Origin: Octopus sinensis
Lineage: Eukaryota
Assembly (NCBI RefSeq): GCF_006345805.1
Contig: NW_021834487.1
Span: forward strand, 248,001 to 312,000
DNA: 64,000 nucleotides
Reading direction: 5' to 3'
The notes under the pieces are model-generated. The model was not told the DNA's origin. It worked only from the letters and a program-made list of their open reading frames with translations, and did no database searches. The position numbers were made by a program, and so were the translations under genes. Position 1 is the stretch's first letter; each line of letters starts with the position of its first letter. Below, one piece after another: positions 24,739 to 39,395 of the stretch.

Positions 24739-24905
24739 CCTATATACGACGGGCTTCTTTCAGTTTCCGTCTACCAAATCCACTTACAAGTCTTTGGTCG
24801 ACCCGAGGCTATAATAGAAGACACTTGCCCAAGGTACCACGCAGTGGGACTGAACCCAGAACCATGTGGTTGGTAAACAAGATACTTACCACACAGCCAC
24901 TCCTG
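24490..24905 (-). mobile_element. SINE family A, full length
   Basis: Both halves with internal microsatellite. Confidence 0.9.
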
Positions 24906-25276
24906 CGTGCTAAGGTCAAATGTTTGATAAAAATTGTGTATGTTTATTTTGATGAGTAATATTTTTGGTCGATGATATTGTTTCACATTTTTCTATCGTC
25001 ATTTACAGCTATGTCATATACCCGATTTTATTCACAGTTAGAAGAAAACGACATTGGATTCAATAGTTAAACTCTATTCAATCGTTACTGGTTAATGCAT
25101 GTGTACACCGTGGATAGTTAGTTTATATGTGTGTTCATATATGCATACATACATACACATAACTACACACACATACCCATATATACAGCGCGCATGACAT
25201 TACTCAAATTTCTCTCTCCCGCCTCTCTCTCTCTCTCACTCGATCCTTCTATCTCTCTCTATCGATTTTTATGTCG

Positions 25277-25319
<43 letters not shown>

Positions 25320-26423
25320 TGCATACAAACATCCATGCATACATTCATACAAACATGCATACATACGTATGTACATATATATTCATATATACAGTATGAG
25401 CGTGCATGTATGTCTGTGCATGTTTTCGTATGTATGGCTGTTTTATGGGCGCACACGTACCACACACACATATATACATTCATCCCTTCATCCCTCCATC
25501 CATCCATACATACATACATACATATATACATACAGACATACATATACTAAAGCAGATACACATGAAGTCGACCCATTGCAACTTAAACAAACCAAACAAA
25601 AATATATATATACATAACATATTTGGCGTCAGATCTAATGAAAATATTGTATTTTATAAAATAGGTGCAGAGCTGACATTTTGCTAATCAGAGGTTCCTT
25701 ATAGATTATTATATTGCTGAAGACAAGCTAGAAGAGCAGTATTTTGCTGAAAGTAATTGTCTCTTAAAATTTAGTTATGAGCTCTGCTTGAACAGCGAAA
25801 TTATCTGTTTGCAGATTTTAATGCACATTTTTTTCTCCTGTAATTTATTTATATGCATCGCCAAAATACGCTAAGCTAACCAAGGATATTAACTTCTAAA
25901 ATTCGTAGAGCGAGATACAACAAAATGGCCGCTTGTACGAAGCGCAGATATGTAGCGTTTTAATTTTGGGTGGGGGTGTTTTAGATAAATAGAAAGGAAT
26001 GATGGAGCGTCGCATTGTTTGTTTATTCGTTTGCTTCGTTGGTTGGCTGGCTGGTTGATTGGTTAGTTGGTCCCTTCCTTGGTTGGTCGGTTCCTTGGCT
26101 GGTTTTTATTGCTTTATCTCCCCATGTTATAGCGAAGTGGCTCGTTGATTTTGTTTTTCTTGTTGTTTTCTTTTTGATTTTTATTGTCATTGTTTTCAAT
26201 CTTAATGTTTTATTCGCGGGTTCAAACCAGACATAACTATGTAGACCTATTATCAAAGACGTTTCAAATATGACATTCCAGTTCTATCTCAGCCACTGCA
26301 TATATAACACTACGCGAGGTGATTGCTCTTTCTGGAAACGGTAGAGTGTAATTTAAGGGAGATTTGGTTACTCCTTCTAACAGCTCGAACTTCCACTTGC
26401 AAACTCAATGTCATTGCTGTCAT

Positions 26424-26464
<41 letters not shown>

Positions 26465-26804
26465 AATAGTAATGGTGGTGGTGATGGGTGAGTGGAAGGG
26501 ATCAGCCCCAGAGCAGTCTTGATCTATGATCAAAAGGCATTCCAGCCAGACTGTTTACACACCATCTTGATGCTTCTTTATGGAAGTGATGGTCGTGGTG
26601 ACTATTATTTAGCCCAAGGTCAGGTATGTTTTATCAACACTCTTCTCTTTTCACCATCCTGGCCTTTTCATAAACTATGTGACTCAGATTACGCCATACA
26701 GTGGGAACTTTCTCCAATCATACATGTCCTGACTGCTATTTCTAGCATTATGTACTATATGAAGAGGCTTTTACGTCGACTCTTTGGAACTAATGGAGTT
26801 ACAT

Positions 26805-26805
26805 A

Positions 26806-26864
<59 letters not shown>

Positions 26865-26865
26865 G

Positions 26866-26909
<44 letters not shown>

Positions 26910-26925
26910 ACTATTGTTGTTGTTT
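26805..26925. repeat. (GTT)n-(GCT)n compound trinucleotide repeat
   Basis: Direct reading. Confidence 0.95.
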
Positions 26926-28534
26926 TTGTAGTTGTTATAACTGCATAGGTGCATTTAAGCGCTCGGTAAGCAGACCAATGATCAAAGATGCTTTCTTTGT
27001 GACTATCCAGTCTGTTTCCATTACTGGTTAGGTTATCTGAAAACTGCATATTACAGCGAGCTTCTTTTTGTTAAGCGGTTCGATTATAATTTGAAAGAAA
27101 TTTGGCTACTATTTCTAACATTTCGAGCAAGAACATGGAGCACTTACTTCAAATACTTGTGTTCACGTCCGTTTTTTTACAGTTTGCTCCGTGTGTCAGC
27201 CTTCATCAAAGCATTCAAAACGAGAACACTCGATGTATTTTTGAATCTGTGTATCTCGAGTTACATTAGCCGATGTATTGATAGGGTATAATTTGAGGGA
27301 GATTTTGTTACTATTTCTAGAAATGGGAATAACGGTGAGGAAGGTACCACGTTGAATTATGAAACTTCCAGTAGTTTTGCCACATCCAACAAGCCTGTGA
27401 CCCAATACATGCTCTCGGACGAAGGCGTACTTTGTCTAGAACGTGAGAGTGATATATATTTTTCAAAAACATTGTGCATCCAGAATTACATTATCCGATG
27501 TCTTTTTTAAGACAGTAGATTGGGAATTGAGCGATATTTACTTGCTATTTCAACCAAATGAAGCAACCACGAAGACACTCGTTGGTTCAACTCCCACGGT
27601 GGATTTCGAAATGGCCGGTGGAACTGAAACGTTAAAGTGCTATGTAAATTCTCCACTAATGTCGTCTCTCAACAAGGCTTGTGGCCTGTCCTTATCTTAA
27701 ATTGTTGCAGCTAAGGCCTATTGCAGAGACGAAATTTTGTTCCAACACTACACTGTCATGTGTTGCAATGTAAATTGCGTTAACATGCGACTTGTGATTC
27801 TCGTTGATTTTTAGATAATGCAAACCATTTAGTTGAAGATTACGAGGACAAAAAGACAATGAAAAAATCTCTAAGCGGTTGCTGCTCTGCTATAAAAAAA
27901 GAGAAAAGAAACTGGAATGATAGGTTGGATAATGTAGTCCTTCATAAACTACGTTTGATATATAATTGGGGTGATCACGCTAGAATGCTTTTTATTATCA
28001 TACTGACACGTAAAAAAAAAACACAACTGCAGTGACAAGAACATTATGAATCAACGTAAGGTCATTTATCTTGTAGCTTGCCCTCCTAAAAATGATAGCC
28101 AACTATAACTCAAAATTTATTCTAGAGTCTTAAGAAAAGAAAATGAGCGTAATATTCGTAAAGTTTAGCCATTACAGGCTCTAAATGAGAAGAAACATTC
28201 CGATTGTCAATGCTAGAATGTTTCTTGATTATAAATCTGTTCAGTCGGGATTGGCCCGGGGTTAAACAACAATAGCGTATATTAACTATTTACGAATCAA
28301 TGGGGAAGCATTTAACTGATCGTTCAACCAAACCAGCCAGAAATAGTAGCCAATCTCCCTTAGATTAAATGTTATACTATCTGGGAAAGGAAAAAGGAAG
28401 GAGTCTTTGGCGCACATACTCATAGGTATTAACAAAATATCAACAAAGAAAGATAGTAGTGGCACGTTAGGAATGCTTTTAGCCATACTTCTGCTCGATA
28501 AAGGCTAACTCAGAGTTAAAAAATGATAATATCT

Positions 28535-29885
28535 GTATTGACAATGTTCAAACTTTATTTAAAGAGTTGAGAAAACAACGACAACACGCTCGAAATATCA
28601 TTAATGTTTATATGTCTACGTGATATGTCCGTATTAAAAACATAAGAAAATCGATAAGTGGATTTTTTGGTATTTCTTTTTGTCTTGCTAAAAGTATTAT
28701 CCGTGGATTTCTCTTAGGGTTTAATATTCATTTCTGTTTTACTTTTTTGCAACATATATTCAAAGATGCCTTGCAGTATAATACTATGATACAATTATTT
28801 CTACACAAAGGTAAAAATAAAATTTAAAAAATTTAAACTAATATAACACAAATAGAATCAGAAAATTCCTTTTTTTTTTTTTTGTAATCAATTTTCCTCC
28901 TTTGAAAAGAATTACTGAAATTTTGACAGCAAATAAATACATTATTATTTTTTTCTTATTTTGACAACTTCACAACACCACAACCAACATACAAATTTGC
29001 ACATTTACATAATGATTCGCCTATCACACTATTTCATTCAGAGTATACAGTAAACGCAATGTTCCCGCTATTGAGGTGAAAATATGAACGAAATATGTTC
29101 GAAGTTGTCTCCCATATGTGTAGAAACAATTAAAACAATGTTAGGAAATATTAATAATTGACCCATTTTTCATTTTCCTCTTTTTTACACCGCAGCATAT
29201 TTTTCCTGATTAAGATTTTCATTCCCCTGGTTAAGTTTTAACATATATATATATATATATATATATTCCATGTTGGCCAGGGAACTTTTCCAAAGTTACG
29301 GAAGACCGTGATAGGTTGCATGATTGAGGTGAAAAACCCGAGATTCGACCAGATGATAACGAGGTCCGGAGAGAAATGGAATTATTATATCTCGAATATT
29401 TTTGCAGAGATGTTTACCTGATAAGGACTGACTTGGGGTTAAACAACAACGTTACTATTGACAATGTGCAAAATATATTTAAAGAGCTTAAAATACATAC
29501 ACGATATCTAGGAAATATCGTTAATGTTACTATGTTTACGTGATATGTATTAAATACATATATAAATCTTCCATATTTCTTATGTATATTATCCATGGAT
29601 TTCTCCTTCCTTCATTTCTTTTTTTTTTTAATGTGTGTCATTTTGGTGGTTTTTCAAAGTTTTTCTTTTTCTGTGTTTTATTTTCTCAGCAACGTGTTTT
29701 CAGAAGAGGTCTTGCAATGTGACACTTTAATACAATTATTTCTTTGAAAAAAATTATTTTTATCTCTCAAATAAAATTACAGAAGTTTTGACAGTAAATA
29801 AATTCTCCATGTTTCCTTTGTTTTGTTTTATTACATGTATTATTTATTTTTTACTCTGACATTTTTGGACAATTTTACAACACTA
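28535..29885. repeat. Old diverged direct duplication (~28535-28985 vs ~29455-29885)
   Basis: Shared ATTGACAATGT..TATTTAAAGAG..GAAATATC.TTAATGTT..TACGTGATATGT..ATACAATTATTTCT..TTTTGACAG.AAATAAAT anchors. Confidence 0.65.
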
Positions 29886-30204
29886 TTAAGAACAGTTTGG
29901 TTTGAACCTATCGATTCCAATCTAGAGGACGTCTTACTGCTTACTGTATATAGCAAAGAACGATCCCATGATTTGATTAAATCACAGGTTGGAGTGATGG
30001 CGACGGTAGCGGAGGAGAAGTATTGAGCTAACAGGGCAAAGTTACTTATATAATAAATGAATATATGGAATGTTGCAGATTTTATGTCCTCGGATTTAAA
30101 CATGAGGGGGAATAAGTGCATATATATATAGTGCAACAATTCTTTGCTTACCACATAGTCTCTCTTCCTATCGTGTTCTTTCTGTCACACACACAGTCTC
30201 TCTT

Positions 30205-30238
<34 letters not shown>

Positions 30239-30585
30239 GTGTATATGGTCTTTTTTTTTGTATTTCACATGGTGTTTTCTTTATTTCCTAACTTACATCT
30301 TTGTTTATGCATTTATTTACTTGTTTCTCAGTTCTTTTCCTATTTATTTGCAATACTTAACCCGAGTAAGTCTATGATACACAATCCCGCACGTACAAAC
30401 AAAACAAAATGCCATTCTAATGGAAATTTCTGCGGCAACTACCAAACCCAATAACGTGTATATATATATATTGAATGTATATATATATATAGATATATAT
30501 ATAAAATTATCTACATGCAGATGCATTCATATATATATATATATATATATATACATAGACACATATATAAATGTACCACACACAC

Positions 30586-30623
<38 letters not shown>

Positions 30624-30978
30624 TATATATATATATATACAAGAATATTTTCGCACATACACGCTTACACACAGAATCACAATGTATATAAACATATGAA
30701 TGATTCCATCAACGTAGGAAAATAAATCTAAATAATATAATATATTGACTTTATTTTCGTTTTTGTTTTGTTTTGTTTTCTTTTATTATATTATGTGATT
30801 TGCTGTTTGTTTCATTGTTATTGTTTTGTTGGCAAACATAAATTGGTGAAAGAAAGAAAGAAACAATTTTATTTCCATTTCCTTCTTACCAAAAGGAATA
30901 TGTCCAGTGCATTTGCATTTTTGCCATTTTCAGTTTCATCCACTTGTCGTTTACGGGGGCAGTGTTCATTGCTATTGC

Positions 30979-31029
<51 letters not shown>

Positions 31030-31449
31030 GGTTGTTGCAGTTTTTTTCTCTCGTTGTCGTCGTTGTTGTTGTTGTGTTGTTGTTGTATTTCCTGCTCTGA
31101 TTTCTTTTGAACAGCCTTCACTGGATCCCACAAGGAATACTTCAGAACGGATCTTAGAATGTTATTACGCGAGTAAAGGAAATCCTGTATAACATACGTG
31201 CGAAAAATCGTAAACCTCGTGTAGAAATCGAGAATTCGGAGAAAATCAATACGGTGTTATTAAACTTAAGTTGCCGGCTTTCAGCCATATATTTAGCTTT
31301 CAGTCTTATATTTCATACTCTGTCATCACCAGTGCTGACGTGATATGCCCATAGATAATACACATAACTTCCAAAATGTTCCAACTCAATTAACTTTTTC
31401 TTTAATTGCTCAGCCTGGGGGAAAGATGTAATGATCATGGCTTACGCAG

Positions 31450-31690
31450 ACCAACGGAAACAGATGGGAACGAGGCGGTTAACATTGCATTAAACTGTTG
31501 CATGTCGATACCTGAAGGAAAGCTATGGACAGGGATTTGTGTCCAAAGCGTCAGTGTTCTGGGAAGGAGAGACTAGGCATGAAGTGCGCAGCTTGATGGA
31601 ATGCTAATCTGACTCACTGGAGGATAATTGAGAGGAGAGATGAACGAGTCCGTAATGATATGAGCCTAGCCAGCTCCAAAGAGCATAGTA
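31450..31690 (+). mobile_element. Highly decayed mariner-like 5' fragment
   Basis: LKESYGQGFVSKASVFWEG resembles the mariner HTH region. Confidence 0.4.
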
Positions 31691-31784
31691 ACGATAGAAA
31701 AGTAAGCGAAATTCGGATCTTTTGCTTCTTCTATTCTATCGCTACTATAGCATTAAAGAAATAAATGAATTGAGAACAATGTCT

Positions 31785-32051
31785 TGTCTTTTACTTCTTT
31801 CAGTCAATGGATTACGGCCATGCTGGGGGCACTGCTGTAACGGGGTGAGTAGAACAAATGGTACTAAGCATTTACTTTTCAGTCTGCTACCTTACGGAGG
31901 ATATAAACAAACCGACACCGGTTGTCAAGCGGTGAAATAAACAAACCCAAATCAAAGACATACACTCATACACATTCACACAAACACACAGACACATATA
32001 CAAACATACTTACACACATGCATGAATCCATACATACATACACACACACAC

Positions 32052-32082
<31 letters not shown>

Positions 32083-32270
32083 TGTATGTATGTATGTATG
32101 TATGTGTATATACGACGGGCTTCCATACAGTTGCCGTTGACGAAATTCATTCACAAGGTATTGGTAAGCCCTATAGCATAAGGCTCTTGCAGAAGGTGTT
32201 ATGGCGCGGGATTGAACTTCGAACCATGTGATTCCAAGTTGAGCTTCTTAACCACACACTCATCCTTTCA
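31785..32270 (-). mobile_element. SINE family A, diverged full length
   Basis: TTTCAGTCAATGGATTACGGCCATGCTGG..CGGTTGTCAAGCG..TACGACGGGCTTC. Confidence 0.85.
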
Positions 32271-32479
32271 CTTAACTAATAATATGAATATATAAATTCA
32301 CCATAACAAAGAAAAATTAACCCCTAAATGGAGGGAACCATACAGCATGATTCTAGACACCTCAAACATGTACGTACAGTAGATTATTTCGAACACTCAA
32401 TGCGAGTCTCTTCTTCCACGTCTCGTTGCTTACCTATAGCCGCATAGTAAAAATGTTTTCGAATTTTTCCAGAAGGGCA

Positions 32480-32670
32480 GCCAATTTGGGGGAGGGGTTG
32501 TGTTGATTATATCTACCCCAGTGTTCAACCGGTACTTATTTCATCGACCACGAAAGAATAAAAGGCAAAGTTGACCTCGGCGGAATTTGAATGCAGAACA
32601 TAGAACATAGCGGCAGACGAAATACTGCTAAGCATTTCGCCCAGCATGCAAGCGATTCTGCCAGCTCACC
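32480..32670 (-). mobile_element. SINE family B
   Basis: GGTACTTATTTCATCGACC..AAAGGCAAAGTTGACCTCGGCGGAATTTGAA. Confidence 0.85.
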
Positions 32671-32919
32671 CACTTTTACTTACCCTTCATAAGATATTCG
32701 GGAAGTTAGTACTACTCCAACTTTTCCTCCTGCAAGCGGAACTTGAATAAGTTGATAAGAGCTTGATATATGGGGAGAAGCTCTATATCCAAACACTACG
32801 TCTGCGTCGGCCTTTATTGCCTCAGGATCAACACGGTCAAGACGAAAGTTCTAACAACACTATGATTGCTGGCCATTATGCTCCTTGGTGGCATTCAGTT
32901 TGATCATGTTCGGGTGTTC

Positions 32920-32923
32920 AAAT

Positions 32924-32959
<36 letters not shown>

Positions 32960-33120
32960 GCAACGGGCTTCTTTCAGTTTCCCTCCACCAAATCCACTCA
33001 CAAGACTTTGGTTGGCTCGAGACTATAGTAGAAGACATGTGTCCAAGATGCCACGCAGTGGGACTGAATCCCGAACCATGTGGTTGGTAAGCAAGCTGCT
33101 TACCACACAACCACTCCTAT
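32920..33120 (-). mobile_element. SINE family A, 5' half
   Basis: CGGGCTTCTTTCAGTTTCC..CCACGCAGTGGGACTGAATCCCGAACCATGTGG. Confidence 0.9.
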
Positions 33121-33127
33121 ATGTGTT

Positions 33128-33159
<32 letters not shown>

Positions 33160-33608
33160 CGTGTGTGTGTGTATGTGTGTGTGTGTGTGTATGTGTGTGT
33201 ATGCATGTGTGTGTGTATAAGTAATTATTTGGACTTTAGGTATATGTTTAGTAGTATGCTGATTAAAGCAATTACACCATTTAGGCTACCTGGTGCCATC
33301 CATCGTTATATAATTGTCACTGGATCTATGTCAAGAATTCCGCAATGTTCATTGATTTTATAACGAATGAAGTAACGGAAAATGGAGTTAGCAAGAATCT
33401 TTAATGAACACAACGATCGTTTCGGCCCGTCCTGCACCTGTCCCTTACGGATGGGATATTGCACAGCTAGTTGTGATGTATCCACAAGTGCAGGCTACAT
33501 TTCGTCAAGTGTCTCTCTTTAAATAAGACATTCCGTTACATACTGAGTAACGTTTGGTACGTTGTGGTCGCTACAGACGACCACAACATGCAAACGAAGA
33601 GACATACA

Positions 33609-33719
33609 TACGAGCGGTGTACAAAAAGTTTTGATCCTTGAAGAGTTGTACCTTCATCAGAAGTCTTGTACCATGTTTTGTGTTTTTTGAGGCACAAGAC
33701 TTTTCATACACCAGTCGTA
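33609..33719. mobile_element. 111-bp mini-MITE, same family as 22042-22134
   Basis: TIRs TACGAGCGGTGTACAAAAAG / CTTTTCATACACCAGTCGTA; shared CCTTGAAG..TTGTACCTTCAT..GAAGTCTTGTACCAT core. Confidence 0.8.
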
Positions 33720-34145
33720 CATATACGACCGGCTTCCGCAATTACATCTATTCAGGAGATATCGATCGTCTCCAGCCTATAATAGAAGACACTTGTCTAA
33801 GATACCATGATATGGGACTGAAGCAGAAACTATGTGGCTGTAAAACAAGTTCCTTAACCACACAGCCATGCCGGCCCTTATATCTATCGCCCATGCTAAT
33901 TTTCCTTTCTTGTTTCTTTTTTTCTTTTTTTTTTTTAACTGACATACTCTGTAGCGCGCTGCGATCTTAACATTGCCTACATTTATGGAACGTTAGTGCA
34001 TGATATGGCGAAAATTTAGCTTCTGCTTCTGGTAGGTCGATCGACAGCAAACAGGATCCGTTGCTGGCTTTGACGTTACATCATAATTGTACGAAAGAGA
34101 AATCGACTAAAGTCAGTAGGTACACATACATATGTGCATACGTAC

Positions 34146-34194
<49 letters not shown>

Positions 34195-34439
34195 CACTAC
34201 TACTACTACAGCTACTACTACTGCTACTGCTGCTGCTGTAGCTGCTTCCAGTGCAATGTTTAATATTCAGCAGTTAGAGCGACATCCAAACGCCCAAAGA
34301 ATAATTGTTAAAAATAAAACCAAATAAATATGCTACCACGTGTAGACTGACGGAAATTTGAAACTCCTATACGCACCCACACACATATGTAGATACATAT
34401 GTAAATGAATATATATGTATGTGTGTGAGTGTGTATGTG

Positions 34440-34514
<75 letters not shown>

Positions 34515-34570
34515 CGACAGACAGATAGATAGATAGATAGATAGAAGATAGATAGACAGACAGAACAGAC

Positions 34571-34603
<33 letters not shown>

Positions 34604-34604
34604 C

Positions 34605-34695
<91 letters not shown>

Positions 34696-34715
34696 AGATA
34701 GATAGACAGACAGAC

Positions 34716-34753
<38 letters not shown>

Positions 34754-34767
34754 CTAGATAGATAGAT

Positions 34768-34816
<49 letters not shown>

Positions 34817-34860
34817 GCACACACAGACACACACATAAATACATATATATTATATATATA

Positions 34861-34891
<31 letters not shown>

Positions 34892-35131
34892 AAAATATAC
34901 GTAATAACTTTTTAAAATTGGACCCACGGTATACTTAATTTTACCAGGTATTTGCTTATTCTTATCTTCTGCTATTTATTTTACTCTCTTTGTGCATTTT
35001 ATCTTAATTTACTCTCCGTATGTTTGTTTTTCTAATGTTATTTCATCTACATGTTGATAACATAGTATCTTCCTTCAGTGGTAATTATGTGTTAATATAT
35101 ATGTGTTGTGTATGTTATAATATATATATAT

Positions 35132-35203
<72 letters not shown>

Positions 35204-35209
35204 TATATA

Positions 35210-35266
<57 letters not shown>

Positions 35267-35363
35267 CCATATACTATTATATATATATTATATATAATTA
35301 TATACCATATATATATATAATATATACATATTAATATATATATATATATATATATTAATATAC

Positions 35364-35401
<38 letters not shown>

Positions 35402-35455
35402 GATATATATATATATATAGATATTATATACATATATACATATACATATATATAT

Positions 35456-35486
<31 letters not shown>

Positions 35487-35538
35487 TAACCATATTATAT
35501 ATATACATATATATATATATATTAATATATATAACATA

Positions 35539-35600
<62 letters not shown>
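34440..35600. repeat. Long (GATA)n then (TA)n microsatellite block
   Basis: Direct reading. Confidence 0.95.
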
Positions 35601-35602
<2 letters not shown>

Positions 35603-35695
35603 TAGTCTCACTTAAACTATAGGCGTACATTCATGTACTTGGAAGCGAGTGTTCGTGTTTCAGTGTGTGTGTTAATGAGTGCGTCTGCGCGAGTT

Positions 35696-35754
<59 letters not shown>

Positions 35755-35918
35755 TTATGTATGAGTGTATATTTGAACACATGGACGTATTTGTGCGTGC
35801 GTGTATGTGTCTATGTGTTTGTGCGTATGTGTGACGGTGCAAGCGATGTCGTTTGTGTTCAGCTTCAATAATATTTTTAGGTTCAAGTATATGAATGTTC
35901 CAGAAAGAGAGGGAGAGG

Positions 35919-35962
<44 letters not shown>

Positions 35963-36009
35963 AAGAAGTGATATAAATAACATCAATAATGATAAGTGTG
36001 TTGTTTTCC

Positions 36010-36360
36010 GCTCTAGACACAAGGCCGGGAATTTTGGGGGAGGCGGCCAGTCGATTAGATTGACCTCAGCACGAAACTGGTACTTAATTTATCGACCCTA
36101 AAAGAACGAAAGCATTTTGCCCGGCTTGTTAACGATTCTGCCAGCTCACTGCCTTGTATTTTCTTTTTAAATAACAACCCTTTCCAGTAAATGCACAAGA
36201 CCTGAAATTAGGGGGGGGGGTCGAGCCGATTACATCAACCCCAGTGTCTCATTAGTACTTAATTTATCGACATCGAAAGGACGAAATGCAAAGTCGACCT
36301 CGGCGGAATTTGAACTGTGAACGTAAAGACGGACGAAATACCGCTAAGCATTTCGCGCAA
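36010..36360 (-). mobile_element. Two adjacent family B SINE copies
   Basis: TGGTACTTAATTTATCGACCC; AAAGTCGACCTCGGCGGAATTTGAAC..CGCTAAGCATTTCGC. Confidence 0.85.
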
Positions 36361-37321
36361 CATATATTTGCTCATCTTGTATGTGTTTAATAATAATAAA
36401 AGCAGAAAAGCAGAACCAGTGCGTGTGCTTATTATTGATATAATAACCTTTCCGGGATACAACAAAATATGCAAATATATAGATCTGAAAGTAGAGACAA
36501 CTGGAACAAGAGCGTTGAAAGCAGACATCGTCCGTATAATAGATACCCTGGAAATGGTTTAAAATATAGTCTCGTTGGTTTTTATATCTTCTGGATGTCG
36601 TGAAATTTAGCGTTATCGCCAGGTCGTTGCTATGCAATGAGTAAACTAGGTGATTGACAAGAGTGATAAAATCTAGGCACCAGAAAATTCTGCAAATCTT
36701 TGACTGACTGGATTTCTTAATCCAGATATAAACACGAAATGTTTGTAATGAAAAATATTGGATGACATGGCGAATACAGAGGATAGGGACAGCTGGAGTA
36801 GAGGAGACAAGAAAGTCATGAGATGTTATGATTGGTCGCATGATTTGATGCGAATCATTTCAAATTTTGCCATATAATAGATTTATTCGCCGAGACACTC
36901 AATCATAAAACAATAACTGTCTTGTTCATAAATAAATTAAAAACATTCGGTTAAAATTTTTCAGTTGATGTGAAGTGGGTAATGTCTGGAGACAGTCGTA
37001 GAAAAATCAGAAGGTGCACGTCGTAGAACTGGGGAAGGTCGACTACAGAAGGGGTTACGCTTTGTAGACTTGTAGAAAGGGGGCGCACGTTGTAGGGGAG
37101 ATGGTTGTAGCGGCTGAATACATTGGCGCCGGGCATGGTTATACTAAGTACAAAAACAGTCCACTATGCCGCATTTATTACAATCGAATATACCCATAAC
37201 AATGGAAGTATTTTCTCCCTCTTAGATATAGAAACATATTTTAAATGCAAGGTCCCTATGAAAGATCAAGCCTCCCCCTAATGAAATTCTAATGTCTTAA
37301 GAGTCGGTGGGTAGATAGACG

Positions 37322-37328
37322 GACAGGC

Positions 37329-37400
<72 letters not shown>

Positions 37401-37424
37401 GGATATATAGATAGATAGATAGAT

Positions 37425-37487
<63 letters not shown>

Positions 37488-37510
37488 GGATAGATAGATA
37501 GATAGATAGA
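37322..37510. repeat. (GATA)n microsatellite followed by an A/G-rich low-complexity tract to ~38040
   Basis: Direct reading. Confidence 0.95.
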
Positions 37511-38715
37511 AGGTGAGGCACAGTAGAAATAGAATGTGGAATATATTTGGACTGATTGATATATAAATGCATTAAAACCATGACAAAGGTCAATTCAAGA
37601 CAGAGGAAAGAGAAAGAAGGGGTGGGGGAGAAAGAATGAAAGATAGGGAAGAGGAAAGAACGAAATATTGAAAGGCTTGAAAGAAAAGAAGAAAGAAGTA
37701 AGGATTTGTAAAAAGAATTTAAAATAAACGATAAATAAAGAACTGAACGAAGATAAAAAAAAAAGAGTAACTGTAAGAGTGAAAAAAAAATAAAGAAAGG
37801 AAAGTTTAAAAGGCTTAAAAGAAGCGAAAAGAAAATTGGGAAAAAAAAAGTTATAAACAGCAACTAAGAAAACGCAGAAAAAAAAAAAAAAAAAAATCTA
37901 GAAAGAAAAAAAGAGACGGGAGGAGAGCGACAGAGAATGAAAGTAAAAGTTTAAAAATACAAGAAGGAAAAAAAAAAGAAGAATGAAAAAGAAAGTGTGG
38001 AGTAGTTAAAAGAATGAAGTTAAATATTCCCAAAGGTGATGAATTGAATTGGAAAAGTCAAGAGAAGAATGCATCTGGAAACAATATTTGAGATAAAAGT
38101 CTTACAACAACAACAACAACAGTAACAACAATTACAACAATAACAAATAACAATGGTATCAACAACACCAGCCAGAATCAACAACAGCCAACAACAACAA
38201 CATAAGCAGCCACAGTATAAACAGCACCAGTAAGAGAAGAGAAAACAGTCACATCAATGAGTCTTTGTGGGCGCCTTCATGTGGTGTCTCGTGGTACTAG
38301 AAATAGCAGCTAAATCTTACTCAAATCATATAGTGCTGTCTTAAATGCGAAAAAGGAACCTCTGGTTTCATTGCAATGAAGGCACCCCCTAAACTAACAG
38401 GGGGCTTCTTTTGTGGGTCCACAACGTGTGCAATTTTCCTTCAGCTACAACGGGTACAATTTTCCTTCAGCTACTTTCAGTAATCGTGCTACCAACCTTC
38501 ATCATATTATTCCTAAGTGAGTATTATAGACCAAATATGCTATTTGATACAGGTATAATGAGAATATCTATAACACCAACGAAGTATTTCCTACAGGTTT
38601 CAGTTTGAACACGCCCGTTGCCAGTTTCACCCAACCAGTAAAATCCTCAATGTTATAAAACTGCTTGTTTCAAGGTTACTTCAATAGCATTAATTGTGTT
38701 ATAATATGGAGGTGC

Positions 38716-39023
38716 GTGGAGGCGCAATAGCCCAGTGGTTAGGGCAGCGGACTCGCGGTCAGAGGATCGCGGTTTCGATTCCCAGACCGGGCATTGCGTG
38801 TGTTTATTGAGCGAAAACACCTAAAAGCTCCACGAGGCTCCGGCAGGGGATGGTGGCGACCCCTGTTGTACTCTTTCGTCACAACTTTCTCTCAATCTCT
38901 CTTCCCGTTTCTTGAGTAACGCTGCGATGGACTGGCGTCCCGTCCAGCTGGGGAGAACACATTCGCCACAGAAACCGGGAAACCGGGCCCATGAACCTGG
39001 CTAGGCTTGAAAAGGGCGAAAAA
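38716..39023 (+). mobile_element. Full-length SINE family C (tail type 1) with 13-bp TSD
   Basis: TSD AATATGGAGGTGC at 38703-38715 and 39024-39036; tRNA-Arg(TCG)-like head GGACTCGCGGTC. Confidence 0.9.
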
Positions 39024-39084
39024 AATATGGAGGTGCAATGGCCCAGTGGTTAGGGCAGCGGACTCTCGGTCGTAGGATCGTGGT

Positions 39085-39395
39085 TTATCGACCCCGAAAA
39101 GATGAAAGGCAAAGTCGATATCGGTGGAATTTGAACTCAGAACGTAACGGCAGACGAAATACCTATTTCTTTACTACCCATAAGGGGCTATACACAGAGG
39201 AGACAAACAAGGACAGACAGACGGATTAAGTCGATTAGATCGACCCCAGTGCGTAACTGGTACTTAATTTATCGACCCCGAAAGGATGAAAGACAAAGTC
39301 GACCTCGGTGGAATTTGAACTCAGAACGTAGCGACGGGCGAAATACCACGAAGCACTTCACCCGGCGTGTTACCGTTTCTGCTAGCTCGACGCCT
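39085..39395 (-). mobile_element. Family B SINE dimer
   Basis: Two bodies joined at GAAATACC|TATTTCTTT. Confidence 0.9.

Noticed and set aside
26492-27031. 179-aa ORF with GT donor at ~26624
   Set aside because: It runs through (GTT)n/(GCT)n, and its 5' part resembles a degenerate interspersed repeat (AAAGGCATTCCAGCC, cf. ~3590).
36951-37136. GC-richer 61-aa minus-strand ORF
   Set aside because: No motif, splice chain or similarity recognised.
37560-38040. 188-aa hydrophobic minus-strand ORF
   Set aside because: Product of an A/G-rich low-complexity tract plus (GATA)n.
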